From NCBI GenBank assembly GCA_964631955.1, contig CAZWBA010000002.1, positions 12,508 through 76,507 of the forward strand: a stretch of 64,000 bases of DNA, in the 5' to 3' direction. Shown here piece by piece: positions 23,771 to 33,547 of the stretch. The notes beneath the pieces are model-generated. The model searched no databases and was not told where the DNA came from. It worked only from the letters and a program-made list of their open reading frames with translations. The number at the start of each line of letters is the position of its first letter. The stretch's first letter is position 1. The translations under genes were made by a program, and so were the position numbers. This DNA is from an uncultured Verrucomicrobiaceae bacterium (GTDB taxonomy: Bacteria > Pseudomonadota > Gammaproteobacteria > Pseudomonadales > CAMLJR01).

Positions 23771-26656
23771 ATGCACACAGACCTCACTCCGTCCGCCAGC
23801 GGCAATTTCAACGCTCAGACACCGACCACCCCTAACGCTCCAGCCTCCGTACAGGCGACCGCGCCCGGACAGATGCGCGTCATCAAGCGCAACGGCACCG
23901 TTGTGCCCTACGACGACAGCAAAATCGCCGTCGCGATCACCAAAGCCTTTCTCGCCGTCGAAGGCGGCACTGCGGCGGCCTCGACCCGCATCCATGAAAC
24001 CGTGGCCAAGCTTGCGGCGATGGTCAGCGCCACCTTCAAGCGGCGCATGCCCTCGGGCGGCACGATTCATATCGAAGAAATCCAGGATCAGGTCGAGCTC
24101 GCCCTGATGCGCAGCGGCGAGCAGAAAGTCGCGCGCTCCTACGTCATTTACCGCGAAGAACATGCCCGCCAGCGCGCTGCGAAAGCCGCTACGCAACCGG
24201 CCAAGGCGCACCCGACACTGCACGTGACGCTGGCCGATGGCAGCCGCGAATTCCTCGATCTGGGCCGTCTCGAAACCATCGTCGCCGAAGCCTGCACCGG
24301 TCTCGAAGGCGTCGATGCCCAGCTCGTGCTCGGTGAAGCGCTCAAGAATCTGTACGACGGCGTGCCGATCGGCGAACTCAACACCTCGCTCGTCATCACC
24401 GCGCGCACGCTGGTCGAACAGGAGCCGAACTATTCGTTCGTCACCGCGCGTCTGCTCATGGATCACCTGCGCGAGGAAGCGCTCACTTTCCTCGGCATCG
24501 CCGATTCGGCCACGCAGGCCGATATGGCGGTCTACTATCCGCGAGCTCTGGTCGCATACATAAAGAAAGGCATCGAGCTCGAACTGCTCGACCCCGCGCT
24601 GCAGGAATTCGATCTGCAGCGCCTCGGCGCCGCGCTGCTCCCCGAGCGCGACCATCTGTTCAGTTATCTGGGTCTGCAAACGCTGTACGACCGCTACTTC
24701 ATTCACAGCAACGAAATCCGCTTCGAACTGCCGCAGATTTTCTTCATGCGCGTGGCGATGGGCCTGTCGATTCAGGAAGCCGACAAGAACGCGCGCGCGA
24801 TCGAGTTCTACACCCTGCTGTCGAGCTTCGATTACATGAGTTCGACGCCGACACTGTTCAACTCGGGCACGCTGCGCCCGCAATTGTCATCGTGTTATCT
24901 CACCACCGTTCCCGACGATCTCAACGGCATTTTTGGCGCGATCCACGACAACGCGATGCTGTCGAAATGGGCCGGCGGTCTCGGCAACGACTGGACGCCC
25001 GTGCGCGCGCTCGGCTCGTACATCAAGGGCACCAACGGTAAATCGCAGGGCGTCGTTCCCTTCCTGAAAGTGGTGAACGACACCGCCGTCGCCGTGAACC
25101 AGGGCGGCAAACGCAAAGGCGCGGTGTGCGCGTATCTCGAAACATGGCACCTCGATATCGAGGAGTTTCTCGAACTGCGCAAGAACACCGGCGACGATCG
25201 CCGCCGCACGCACGACATGAACACCGCGAACTGGGTTCCCGACCTGTTCATGAAACGCGTCTTCCAGGATCGCGACTGGACGTTATTCTCGCCAGCCGAT
25301 ACACCCGATCTGCACGATCTGTTCGGCACCGCGTTCGAAGATCGTTACGAGCATTACGAGCAGCTCGCCGCCGAAGGCAAATTGAAGCTGCACAAAAAAG
25401 TTCGCGCGCAGGATCTGTGGCGCAAGATGTTGTCGATGCTGTTCGAAACCGGCCATCCGTGGATCACCTTCAAAGATCCGTGCAATTTGCGCAGCCCGCA
25501 ACAACACGTCGGCGTCGTGCACAGCTCGAACCTCTGCACCGAAATTACGCTCAACACCAATCGCGACGAAATCGCGGTGTGTAATCTGGGTTCGGTGAAT
25601 CTCAATCAACACATTGTCGATGGCAAACTCGATCACTTCAAACTCGAGCGCACGATCAAAACGGCAGTGCGCATGCTCGATAACGTTATCGACATCAATT
25701 ACTACGCCGTACCGCAAGCGAAAAATTCAAACTCGAAACACCGCCCGATCGGTCTCGGCATCATGGGTTTCCAGGACGCGCTGTACACACTGCGCCTGCC
25801 GTACGCATCGAATGAAGCGGTGGAATTCGCCGATCGTTCGATGGAAGCCGTGAGTTATTTCGCGATCAAAGCATCGTCCGAATTAGCGGAAGAGCGCGGC
25901 AGTTACGAAACGTATCAGGGCTCGCTGTGGAGCCAGGGCGTATTGCCGATCGATTCGGTACAAATTCTCGCGGAACAACGCGGACCCGAATTTATCGACG
26001 TCGATCGCTCGCAGACGCTCGACTGGGACGGCATGCGCGTGCGCGTGAAATCCAGAGGCATGCGCAACAGCAACGTGATGGCGATTGCGCCGACCGCGAC
26101 GATCGCGAACATCACCGACGCTTCGCAATCGATCGAACCGACGTATCAGAACCTGTACGTGAAATCGAATCTGTCGGGCGAATTCACCGTCGTCAATCCG
26201 TATCTCGTGCACGATTTGAAAAATCGCGGCCTGTGGGATGCGGTGATGGTGAACGATCTCAAATATTTCGACGGCAGCGTGCAGCAGATCGATCGTATTC
26301 CTGCGGATTTGAAAGCGCTGTATGCAACGGCATTCGAAGTGGAGCCGCGCTGGCTGGTCGATGCGGCGAGCCGTCGTCAGAAATGGATCGATCAGGCGCA
26401 GTCGCTCAACCTTTACATCGCGGGCGCATCGGGCAAAAAACTCGATGTGACTTATCGCATGGCATGGTATCGCGGTTTGAAAACCACGTATTACCTGCGT
26501 GCGCTGTCAGCGACGAGCACAGAGAAATCGACGATCACGACTGGCGCGCTAAATGCAGTAAGTTCTGCAGCATCTAGCACTGCTGCTTTCACACAGGCGG
26601 CTGAAGTACCGAACGCGTGCTCAATCGATAATCCTGATTGTGAAGCCTGCCAGTAA
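23771..26656 (+). CDS. nrdA: Class Ia ribonucleoside-diphosphate reductase alpha subunit (long form with N-terminal ATP-cone region)
   Basis: 961 aa with an AGGAGA Shine-Dalgarno sequence. It has ATP-cone sequence (VIKRNGTVVPYDDSKI), the active-site context NLCTEI, and a C-terminal Cys pair (CEAC). Confidence 0.95.
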   Translation: MHTDLTPSASGNFNAQTPTTPNAPASVQATAPGQMRVIKRNGTVVPYDDSKIAVAITKAFLAVEGGTAAASTRIHETVAKLAAMVSATFKRRMPSGGTIHIEEIQDQVELALMRSGEQKVARSYVIYREEHARQRAAKAATQPAKAHPTLHVTLADGSREFLDLGRLETIVAEACTGLEGVDAQLVLGEALKNLYDGVPIGELNTSLVITARTLVEQEPNYSFVTARLLMDHLREEALTFLGIADSATQADMAVYYPRALVAYIKKGIELELLDPALQEFDLQRLGAALLPERDHLFSYLGLQTLYDRYFIHSNEIRFELPQIFFMRVAMGLSIQEADKNARAIEFYTLLSSFDYMSSTPTLFNSGTLRPQLSSCYLTTVPDDLNGIFGAIHDNAMLSKWAGGLGNDWTPVRALGSYIKGTNGKSQGVVPFLKVVNDTAVAVNQGGKRKGAVCAYLETWHLDIEEFLELRKNTGDDRRRTHDMNTANWVPDLFMKRVFQDRDWTLFSPADTPDLHDLFGTAFEDRYEHYEQLAAEGKLKLHKKVRAQDLWRKMLSMLFETGHPWITFKDPCNLRSPQQHVGVVHSSNLCTEITLNTNRDEIAVCNLGSVNLNQHIVDGKLDHFKLERTIKTAVRMLDNVIDINYYAVPQAKNSNSKHRPIGLGIMGFQDALYTLRLPYASNEAVEFADRSMEAVSYFAIKASSELAEERGSYETYQGSLWSQGVLPIDSVQILAEQRGPEFIDVDRSQTLDWDGMRVRVKSRGMRNSNVMAIAPTATIANITDASQSIEPTYQNLYVKSNLSGEFTVVNPYLVHDLKNRGLWDAVMVNDLKYFDGSVQQIDRIPADLKALYATAFEVEPRWLVDAASRRQKWIDQAQSLNLYIAGASGKKLDVTYRMAWYRGLKTTYYLRALSATSTEKSTITTGALNAVSSAASSTAAFTQAAEVPNACSIDNPDCEACQ

Positions 26657-26782
26657 GACGACCCCTCCGCCGCTTTGCGGCACCTCCCCTACTACGCAGG
26701 GGAGGCCAAACGAACGTAGCAATTTGCACTGATAGCTCCCCCTGCGCAGTAGGGGGAGTGCCCGAAGGGCGAGGGGGTCATC
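26657..26782. repeat. REPIN-like doublet; second locus, modules in the opposite relative order
   Basis: Stems are CCTCCCCT(26683-26690)/AGGGGAGG(26698-26705) and CTCCCCCT(26736-26743)/AGGGGGAG(26751-26758), with small GC hairpins. The reverse complement aligns module by module with 109-235. Confidence 0.6.
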
Positions 26783-26816
26783 TCGCCAATTTAAATTCAG
26801 ATTTGGGTGAGACGTT

Positions 26817-28163
26817 ATGTTGAATTGGGACGAATATAATTCCGAAGACACGATTCCCGCAGCAGTAAAAACCAATACCTATGTCGAGCGGGACGAACCG
26901 GCTGCGCCTGCGCAACAACAGCAAAACGTGGCAGAGCCTGTCGCTGTGTATGCGCCGAAACCGGTCTATGCAGACCATGCCGCGATTGAAAAAGTCAATG
27001 CGGCTGCGCAAGTCACCGCAGCGCCCGCGCAGAACTCCGAACATCACGAGCCGACAATTGCCGATGCGGATATCGCAGCGCGCGCACACGCTGCGGTCGA
27101 AAAACTCGATGCACAGCCGGGTCTGGATGAACTCGAAATGGGCGCCGCGCGCCTGCAGGTCGACGACAAGCGCATGATCAACTGCCGCGCCGATCTCAAT
27201 CAGCTGGTGCCCTTCAAATACGACTGGGCGTGGCAGAAATATCTCGACGGCTGCGCGAACCACTGGATGCCGCAGGAAGTGAACATGACCGCGGACGTTG
27301 CGACCTGGCGCAGCGCCGATGGCCTAACCGAAGACGAACGCCGCATCGTGATGCGCTCGCTCGGTTATTTCTCGACGGCCGACAGCCTCGTTGCAAACAA
27401 TCTGGTGCTCGCGATTTATCGCCACATCACCAACCCCGAGTGCCGTCAGTATTTATTGCGCCAGGCATTCGAAGAAGCGATTCACACGCACGCGTATCAG
27501 TACTGCGTCGAATCGCTCGGTATGGACGAAGGCGAAGTCTTCAACATGTACCGCGAAATTCCCTCGGTCGCGAAAAAGGCGGCGTGGAGCCTGAGCCACA
27601 CGCACGCGCTGAGCGATCCGAACTTCAAAACCGGCACCTTCGAAAACGATCAGGAATTGCTGCGCAATCTGATCGGCTTCTACGGCGTCACCGAAGGCAT
27701 TTTCTTCTACTGCGGTTTCACGCAGATTCTGTCGATGGGTCGCCGCAACAAAATGACCGGCGTCGCCGAGCAGTTCCAGTACATTTTGCGCGACGAATCG
27801 ATGCACCTGAATTTCGGTATCGATGTGATCAACCAGATCAAACTGGAAAACCCGCATCTGTGGACCGAGGATTTTCAGCGCGAAGCGGTGCAGATGATCG
27901 TCGAAGGCACCGAGCTCGAAGTGCAGTACGCACGCGACAGCATGCCGCGCGGCGTACTCGGCATGAATGCGGCGATGATGGAAGACTATCTGCACTTCAT
28001 CGCCAATCGTCGTCTCAATCAGCTCGGATTGCCCGAGCAATTCCCCGGCGCACAAAATCCGTTCCCGTGGATGAGCGAAATCATGGACCTGCGCAAGGAG
28101 AAAAACTTCTTCGAAACGCGCGTCACCGAATACCAGACCGGCGGCGCACTGAGCTGGGAATAA
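26817..28163 (+). CDS. nrdB: Class Ia ribonucleoside-diphosphate reductase beta subunit
   Basis: 448 aa. The start [11 protein letters not shown] and the segment [37 protein letters not shown] resemble Pseudomonas-type NrdB, including its N-terminal extension. Confidence 0.95.
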   Translation: MLNWDEYNSEDTIPAAVKTNTYVERDEPAAPAQQQQNVAEPVAVYAPKPVYADHAAIEKVNAAAQVTAAPAQNSEHHEPTIADADIAARAHAAVEKLDAQPGLDELEMGAARLQVDDKRMINCRADLNQLVPFKYDWAWQKYLDGCANHWMPQEVNMTADVATWRSADGLTEDERRIVMRSLGYFSTADSLVANNLVLAIYRHITNPECRQYLLRQAFEEAIHTHAYQYCVESLGMDEGEVFNMYREIPSVAKKAAWSLSHTHALSDPNFKTGTFENDQELLRNLIGFYGVTEGIFFYCGFTQILSMGRRNKMTGVAEQFQYILRDESMHLNFGIDVINQIKLENPHLWTEDFQREAVQMIVEGTELEVQYARDSMPRGVLGMNAAMMEDYLHFIANRRLNQLGLPEQFPGAQNPFPWMSEIMDLRKEKNFFETRVTEYQTGGALSWE

Positions 28164-28214
28164 CGAAAGAAAGCGTACATGGCTAATGAAATATCAGCCA
28201 TTAGGTGGATGATT

Positions 28215-29858
28215 TTACAGCACTGCTGCGGATGATTTTACAAGTCTGTCTGGCTGGGTTGCTGCCCGCGACCACACGCTGTCCCGGGCGCCGCCGACAG
28301 TGCGCCGTGCCGTTGCGCGCGCCATCCAGATGAAGCCGAGCCCGCCCGCGAGCGCCGTCAGGTCGACGGCGAGCGTGGCCGGATGCAGGTGTACCCACCA
28401 TCCCGTGGCCGGGAAAATCGCGGCGATCAATGAGGTGAGCGGAATCGAGAGCGTCGCGATTGCCGCCACCCACGCCAGCTCCACCGCCGCCCGCGCACTG
28501 CCGCGCAGGAAGGCCCACGCGATCGACGCAAAAAACACGGCGTAATACAGGTAGCGCTGCCACTCGAGCGGATCGGCGACGCGTCCGTGCAGAAATTTGG
28601 CCGTCGCGATCATGATCGAGATGCCGCAGATGCATCCGAAGCTGACTCCGATCGTACCCGCCGCCATCAGATAGGTATCGCGGCGCTGGGCCGGCAATTC
28701 GGCGCCGCGGCGCTGGGCCTTGCGGCGCGATTCAATCCAGAGCAGGTTGCCGCTGTAGAACAGCCAGGCGCCGGCCATGCCGAGAAAGAAATAAATCCAT
28801 TGCACGGGGGTGCCGCCGAAGGTGGCGAAGTGAAGCGCAAAAAAGCTGCTGACCGTGGTGAAAGCCGCCGCCTGCTTTCCGGGCAGATAATCGGTGTTGA
28901 TGACTTCACCGCTGTAGGGGTCGAGCAGCGCGAAGCCGCCGAAAAAACGCGGCGCCAGCGCGCTGGCATCGTTGCCCCACACCCTCACCATGGCGCGCGG
29001 GCCGTCGACTCTGAGGTATTGCAGCATGGTGGGCTCGAAGGTGGACGACAGCGCCTGCGCGCGTGCCACCAGCTCGTCGGGGCCGACCATCGCACTGACG
29101 TCGCGCGGCGCGACGTCCGGCGCAGCCGCCGCGCGGCCGAAGGGGTCGCGCTGTTCGTGAATCAACCGGTTCTGCAAGAGATAAATGCCGTCGTGATAGG
29201 CGAACACGACCGCCGACATCGCCATCACGATATGAAACGGCAGGCTCACGATGCCGATGACATTGTGCGCATCGAGCCACATCCGCTTGCGGTTCCTGCC
29301 GGGGCGCAGCGCGAAAAAATCCTGCACCAGCGTCGGCAGCAGGATGATGACGCCCGACACCAGCGCGAGGGCGTACAGCGTGGCGACCACCCCCATGATC
29401 CAGCGGTTGCTGTCGCTGTCGACGGGCAATCCGACGACGCGATGCAGCACGTCGATAAATTCGCCCAGCCTGGACGGCTGCTGCGCCGAAACAACCGCAT
29501 TGCCCTGGTCGTCGGGTGCGGCGGCGAAGTGCTGCATCGACAGCGTATCGTGATCGTCCGCCCCTGCTTTCGCCACCTGCCATTCCAGCTGCGACCGGTG
29601 CAATTCATCGTGCTGCAGATGAAACCAGAACTCCTCCGCCGCGTCGGGGCGCTGCTGCAAGGTGCGCGTGATGAGCGCGTGCGCTTCCGTTAGCGGAACG
29701 GATTTTTCCGTGGTCAGCGGCGGCGAGGCCCAGCGCGCCAGCGGCTCCTTGAACATCGTCAGCGCACCGGCGTAGAAGGCAATGAAGAGCGCGAGGCCGC
29801 TGACGATGCCGGTCCATGTATGCACGGATTTGTAGATGCGGATGATGTCGGAACGCAT
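28215..29858 (-). CDS. PepSY-associated TM helix protein (PiuB-like; putative ferric-siderophore reductase family)
   Basis: MRSDIIRIYKSVHTWTGIVSGLALFIAFYAGALTMF and the multi-TM layout are typical of PepSY_TM proteins. Confidence 0.8.
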   Translation of the reverse strand: MRSDIIRIYKSVHTWTGIVSGLALFIAFYAGALTMFKEPLARWASPPLTTEKSVPLTEAHALITRTLQQRPDAAEEFWFHLQHDELHRSQLEWQVAKAGADDHDTLSMQHFAAAPDDQGNAVVSAQQPSRLGEFIDVLHRVVGLPVDSDSNRWIMGVVATLYALALVSGVIILLPTLVQDFFALRPGRNRKRMWLDAHNVIGIVSLPFHIVMAMSAVVFAYHDGIYLLQNRLIHEQRDPFGRAAAAPDVAPRDVSAMVGPDELVARAQALSSTFEPTMLQYLRVDGPRAMVRVWGNDASALAPRFFGGFALLDPYSGEVINTDYLPGKQAAAFTTVSSFFALHFATFGGTPVQWIYFFLGMAGAWLFYSGNLLWIESRRKAQRRGAELPAQRRDTYLMAAGTIGVSFGCICGISIMIATAKFLHGRVADPLEWQRYLYYAVFFASIAWAFLRGSARAAVELAWVAAIATLSIPLTSLIAAIFPATGWWVHLHPATLAVDLTALAGGLGFIWMARATARRTVGGARDSVWSRAATQPDRLVKSSAAVL

Positions 29859-29876
29859 TGTCGACTCCTGATTTTT

Positions 29877-30158
29877 TCAGCGTGCCGCCGCCAGAATGAT
29901 GAACGCCACGATATTGAAGCCCCCCAGCCACAGCCAGGCGCGCAGACCGCTCCCGAACAGATAGACGAGACTGAATACGCCCAGCCAGACCGGCACCGTC
30001 AGCCACATGGCGAGCTGTGCCTTCGCGGCCATGACGATGCCCGGGGTGAGCGCGGCGAAAATCCCGCTGCACAGCATGGCCAGGGTGAAACCGAGCAGGG
30101 CGCCGGCGAGCGTTTTCGACACCCAGTCGGGTTTTATTGCGCTGCGTGTATCGGCCAT
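29877..30158 (-). CDS. Small membrane protein (DUF3649-like)
   Basis: 93 aa with about 3 TM segments, immediately upstream of the PepSY_TM gene as in remembered operons. The family name is from memory only. Confidence 0.5.
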   Translation of the reverse strand: MADTRSAIKPDWVSKTLAGALLGFTLAMLCSGIFAALTPGIVMAAKAQLAMWLTVPVWLGVFSLVYLFGSGLRAWLWLGGFNIVAFIILAAAR

Positions 30159-30159
30159 G

Positions 30160-30441
30160 TCAGCGAGCCTTGTCGACGCTGGAAAACAGCGCGCCGAGGT
30201 ACGGATAAACGATCCAGAGCAGCATCAGCCAGACGCAGAAAATGAAAATTGCCGTCGCCGTCTGCATGGCGGCGAGCAGGATCGCGATGCCCGCCGCAAA
30301 AAAAATCACACCGGCGATGCGCGCCGGACGTGCCGGCAGGGGCATCGTGCGCCAGCGCTGATTCGGCGATGCCAGATAAAAAAGCAGACTGCCGGCGAAT
30401 GCCGCGAGCAGGCCTGCGACCATTGCAAAGGAATACGTCAT
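30160..30441 (-). CDS. Small membrane protein (DUF3325-like)
   Basis: 93 aa, contains YLASPNQRW and about 3 TM segments. Its stop lies 1 nt from the next start. The family name is from memory only. Confidence 0.55.
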   Translation of the reverse strand: MTYSFAMVAGLLAAFAGSLLFYLASPNQRWRTMPLPARPARIAGVIFFAAGIAILLAAMQTATAIFIFCVWLMLLWIVYPYLGALFSSVDKAR

Positions 30442-30633
30442 GACTGTACCGCTGCCTGGAAATTCAATTCGATACGCCGCCGCAGCCCGCTCAGCCAGCC
30501 GTGGCGATCGCTGTGGATGAGATCAGCTAAGGGGGAGGAACCGGCAACACGGGCGCCCCCATCGAGGCGGCACCCCTAATAAAGAATAAGAACGATTCGC
30601 ATCTTAGGCGGGCAAAGGAATCGGCGCAAGCGT

Positions 30634-31038
30634 TCAGTACGCCGTCATCGGGATCAGCCGCGAATCCTCCAGCGCGGCAGTGCGATGTTTGACCGCGGCG
30701 CGGTATTCGGGCATGGCGAGCATCGACAGAAACGCCTCGACCGAGGGATAGCGGACGAGAAAAACCTGATGCCAGACCTCAGCGGAAGGGCCGATAAGCG
30801 CGGCGTGCGCCCTGCCGCTGAAAATGACGGCTCCGCCGACGGCGGCCACGGTTTGCAGCGATGCCTGCGAATAGCGCTTGTAAGCATCGCGACCGCTGCA
30901 GCTTGCCTGCGCAGCGTCGTCGTATTTCGCAGTCTCGCGAAAACGCAGCAGGTTGAGCATGACGACCGCCTGCCCGGGAGGCAGCGACGCGAGCACTTTC
31001 AACTGGTCGGTATCGAGTGTTTTTACGGGTTTTTCCAT
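30634..31038 (-). CDS. DUF1330 domain protein
   Basis: VVMLNLLRF...VFLVRYPSVEAFLSMLAMPEYRAAVKHRTAALEDSRLI is typical of DUF1330. I prefer the ATG at 31038. Confidence 0.75.
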   Translation of the reverse strand: MEKPVKTLDTDQLKVLASLPPGQAVVMLNLLRFRETAKYDDAAQASCSGRDAYKRYSQASLQTVAAVGGAVIFSGRAHAALIGPSAEVWHQVFLVRYPSVEAFLSMLAMPEYRAAVKHRTAALEDSRLIPMTAY

Positions 31039-31078
31039 CGCGCTTCTCTCCGTTTTCCCTACATATCTTCCGGTTTCT

Positions 31079-32860
31079 CTACATACTCGCAGCCGGGCTC
31101 GCCACCCACTGCGCAACGATATGGCGCAGCTCGGTCGCGATGACGGGTTTCGTCAGATAGTCGTCCATGCCGGCCTCGAAACATTCGTATTTGATTTCAC
31201 TCAGGGCGTGCGCCGTCAGCGCGATGATGGGCATGCGACCCCTGCCCTGCGTGCGCTCCCAGGCGCGAATTTTCTTCGTCGCCTCGACACCGCTCATGCC
31301 GGGAAGGTTGTAATCCATGAGAATCAGATCGAAGCGATGGTCCTGTGCCGTGGTGATCGCCAGTTCGCCATTACCGACGACGATGCAGTGACCGCCCAGA
31401 TATTCGAGCTGATGCTGAATGACGAGCTGATTGACCGCATCGTCCTCGACGACAAGAACTGAAAAACCGGAAGGTAATGCGGCGATGGCGATTTCCTCCT
31501 CCGCGGCCAGCGCGGGTCCGCCGACGATATCGACGGGAATCTCGAACCAGAACGATGAACCCACCCCCGGCGTGCTCTGAAAGCCGATGGAGCCACCCAT
31601 GATCTCCACCAGCCGCTTGCAGATGACCAGACCGAGCCCCGTGCCCCTGGAGGAGCTGCGCGAGCTGAACTGTTCGAACTGGGTAAACACCAGCGCCTGC
31701 ACATCTTTGGAAATGCCGATGCCGGAGTCCTTGATAAAAAACGTTACGCGTCCCGCCGACGCCGCGGTTTTCTGAAATTCGAGACTGACGATGATCTCGC
31801 CCTGGCGCGTGAACTTGACGGCATTTCCAACCAGGTTATAGAGAATCTGGCGAATCCGGATGGGGTCCGCCAGCACCCACTGCGGCAGATCGTCGCTCGA
31901 TCTTGCGAAAAGTTTGACGGGCTCCTCGACGAGCTGCAGCGAAAATATTTCCAGCAGATCCGTCACCAATTTGGATAAATCGAACGGCACGTTGTGCAGT
32001 GTCATTTTGCCGGCTTCGAGTTTCGAAAAATCCAGAATGTCGTCGATGATCTGCAGCAGTGTTGCACCGGACCCGCGAATGATTTCGACGTATTTACGCT
32101 GGGTTTCATCGAGGCGGGTATTTTCGAGCAATTGCGCAATGCCGACCACACCGTTCATGGGCGTGCGAATTTCATGGCTCATTCTGGCGAGAAAATCCGA
32201 TTTGGCCCGGCTTCCCGCCAGCGCTTCCGCAGCGTATTTTTCGAGCGACAGATAATTTTTGCGGGCGCTCCAGTAGGCTGCGCTCTGCGTGCGCCCCAGC
32301 CGCAGCATGTAGTAGTAATACAAAAGATAGAGCGCCGCGATGCACCAGCCCGCCGAGCCCGCAATCAAAAACGGCGCGCACAGGCCGGGCACGCCGAGCA
32401 TGAAAAAGCAGTACCAGTTGATCAATCGCCTATGCGGAATGAGCGAGGTGACGCCGCCCGCAGTGATGCCTGCGCAGGAAATCAGCGTTGCTGCGGCGCC
32501 TTCGCCGAGATGGCCGGTAAGCAGAAGCAGATAAATCGTGAAGCCGGTCCAGGTGATGGCGTTCAGGCAGAACGCCGCTTCCAGAAGACGCAGCGAGCGC
32601 TGCTGAAACGCCGCATCGCGCGTTGTCCTGCCGCGTCGAAAAACATATTCGCGAATGGCGAGCGGAACCGCCGAAAGCGCGCACAACAGGCCGAATGGTA
32701 TATCGAGAAAACGCATGGCCGGCGTGAGCAACACCGCCGCGGCCATCCCCAGAAAATAATACAGGCCGCCAAACCGCGCCTTCTGCGAGAGCTCGCGAAT
32801 GACGACGGAAGGGTGCTCTTCGGCAGCCGCGGGAGCGCTTTCAACATCGTGCTCTGACAT
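31079..32860 (-). CDS. Hybrid sensor histidine kinase/response regulator with a multi-TM N-terminus
   Basis: It has an H-box (SHEIRTPMNGVVG), N and G boxes (LVGNAVKFT, DSGIGI, GTGLGLVI), and a C-terminal receiver (VLVVEDDAVN...ILMDYNLPGMSG). I prefer the ATG at 32860. Confidence 0.85.
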   Translation of the reverse strand: MSEHDVESAPAAAEEHPSVVIRELSQKARFGGLYYFLGMAAAVLLTPAMRFLDIPFGLLCALSAVPLAIREYVFRRGRTTRDAAFQQRSLRLLEAAFCLNAITWTGFTIYLLLLTGHLGEGAAATLISCAGITAGGVTSLIPHRRLINWYCFFMLGVPGLCAPFLIAGSAGWCIAALYLLYYYYMLRLGRTQSAAYWSARKNYLSLEKYAAEALAGSRAKSDFLARMSHEIRTPMNGVVGIAQLLENTRLDETQRKYVEIIRGSGATLLQIIDDILDFSKLEAGKMTLHNVPFDLSKLVTDLLEIFSLQLVEEPVKLFARSSDDLPQWVLADPIRIRQILYNLVGNAVKFTRQGEIIVSLEFQKTAASAGRVTFFIKDSGIGISKDVQALVFTQFEQFSSRSSSRGTGLGLVICKRLVEIMGGSIGFQSTPGVGSSFWFEIPVDIVGGPALAAEEEIAIAALPSGFSVLVVEDDAVNQLVIQHQLEYLGGHCIVVGNGELAITTAQDHRFDLILMDYNLPGMSGVEATKKIRAWERTQGRGRMPIIALTAHALSEIKYECFEAGMDDYLTKPVIATELRHIVAQWVASPAASM

Positions 32861-33263
32861 GTCACTCCACTCCGCTGCTCGCGGCACCTTCGGCGATGAA
32901 TCGACCGGACTTCCACATACGGCGGGCCTCGACGCGCAACCTTTCGGGCGGGGTCTCGTCCCTGAGCGAAATCCCTTCCGAGATAAAAATCCGTTTCTCA
33001 ATGAAAAATCCCTTTGAGTAAAGTCGTTTTTCCCAGCGCGGGCAACGCACGCACGGAAACGCGGACAATATACTGCGTTCGCTCGCCGAAGAGTGCCGGA
33101 CCCGGCGCAGTTTTTGTGGAGCGATAAATTTTCACCATATATGAGCGATTGGATAATCGCGGAATACCAGATATAGTGTTTTTCGAAACACGCCCCCGAA
33201 GAAAGAAAAAAGCAGCCCGGTCCAGATAAAAATCGGTTGCAGTATCACTGCGAGGTTGATGGT

Positions 33264-33482
33264 ATGCAAAGCGGCAAAGATGAAAAGCAGTTGCCAGTTG
33301 ACCCGGAAACCATTTTATTCACGCTCGATCAGTTAGGTCAGACCGTTGAGGTGATGAATAAAGTCATCACACGCCTGCGCGGTTATGTCATGCAGAACAT
33401 GGCAGCACAGCGACAGGGCGAACTCGATCTCGGCATGCCGGTGCAGCAGCCCGGAAAAGCCGGCCCATCGGGTTTGCACTGA
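33264..33482 (+). CDS. Hypothetical small protein
   Basis: 72-codon ORF with GAGG upstream of the ATG at 33264. I see no similarity to anything known. It may not be real. Confidence 0.25.
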   Translation: MQSGKDEKQLPVDPETILFTLDQLGQTVEVMNKVITRLRGYVMQNMAAQRQGELDLGMPVQQPGKAGPSGLH

Positions 33483-33547
33483 TTCATCCGGATACTTTCC
33501 ATTCAACTCGATCACAGCACGCAACCCGATCATCACAGGAGGTCGCC

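Noticed and set aside
23759-24883. 374-aa ORF antisense to the 5' part of nrdA.
   Set aside because: For the same reason as the previous entry: nrdA is unambiguous, and the antisense product has no motifs and a GC-driven composition.
26817-27150. N-terminal Ala/Pro/Gln-rich extension of about 110 aa on NrdB, considered as a possible mis-start or novelty.
   Set aside because: The first residues ([11 protein letters not shown]) and the extension resemble what I remember of Pseudomonas-type NrdB. The extension therefore looks like a normal lineage feature.
28207-28242. 13-bp direct repeat GGATGATTTTACA (28207-28219 and 28230-28242) at the 3' end of the PepSY_TM gene.
   Set aside because: It looks like a small 23-bp tandem duplication that changes only the last few codons and the stop position. 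It has no obvious functional consequence.
30585-30603. Possible Fur box upstream of the PepSY_TM operon.
   Set aside because: It matches only about 10 of 19 positions of GATAATGATAATCATTATC in either orientation. That is too weak to annotate as a feature. It is mentioned only in the related finding.
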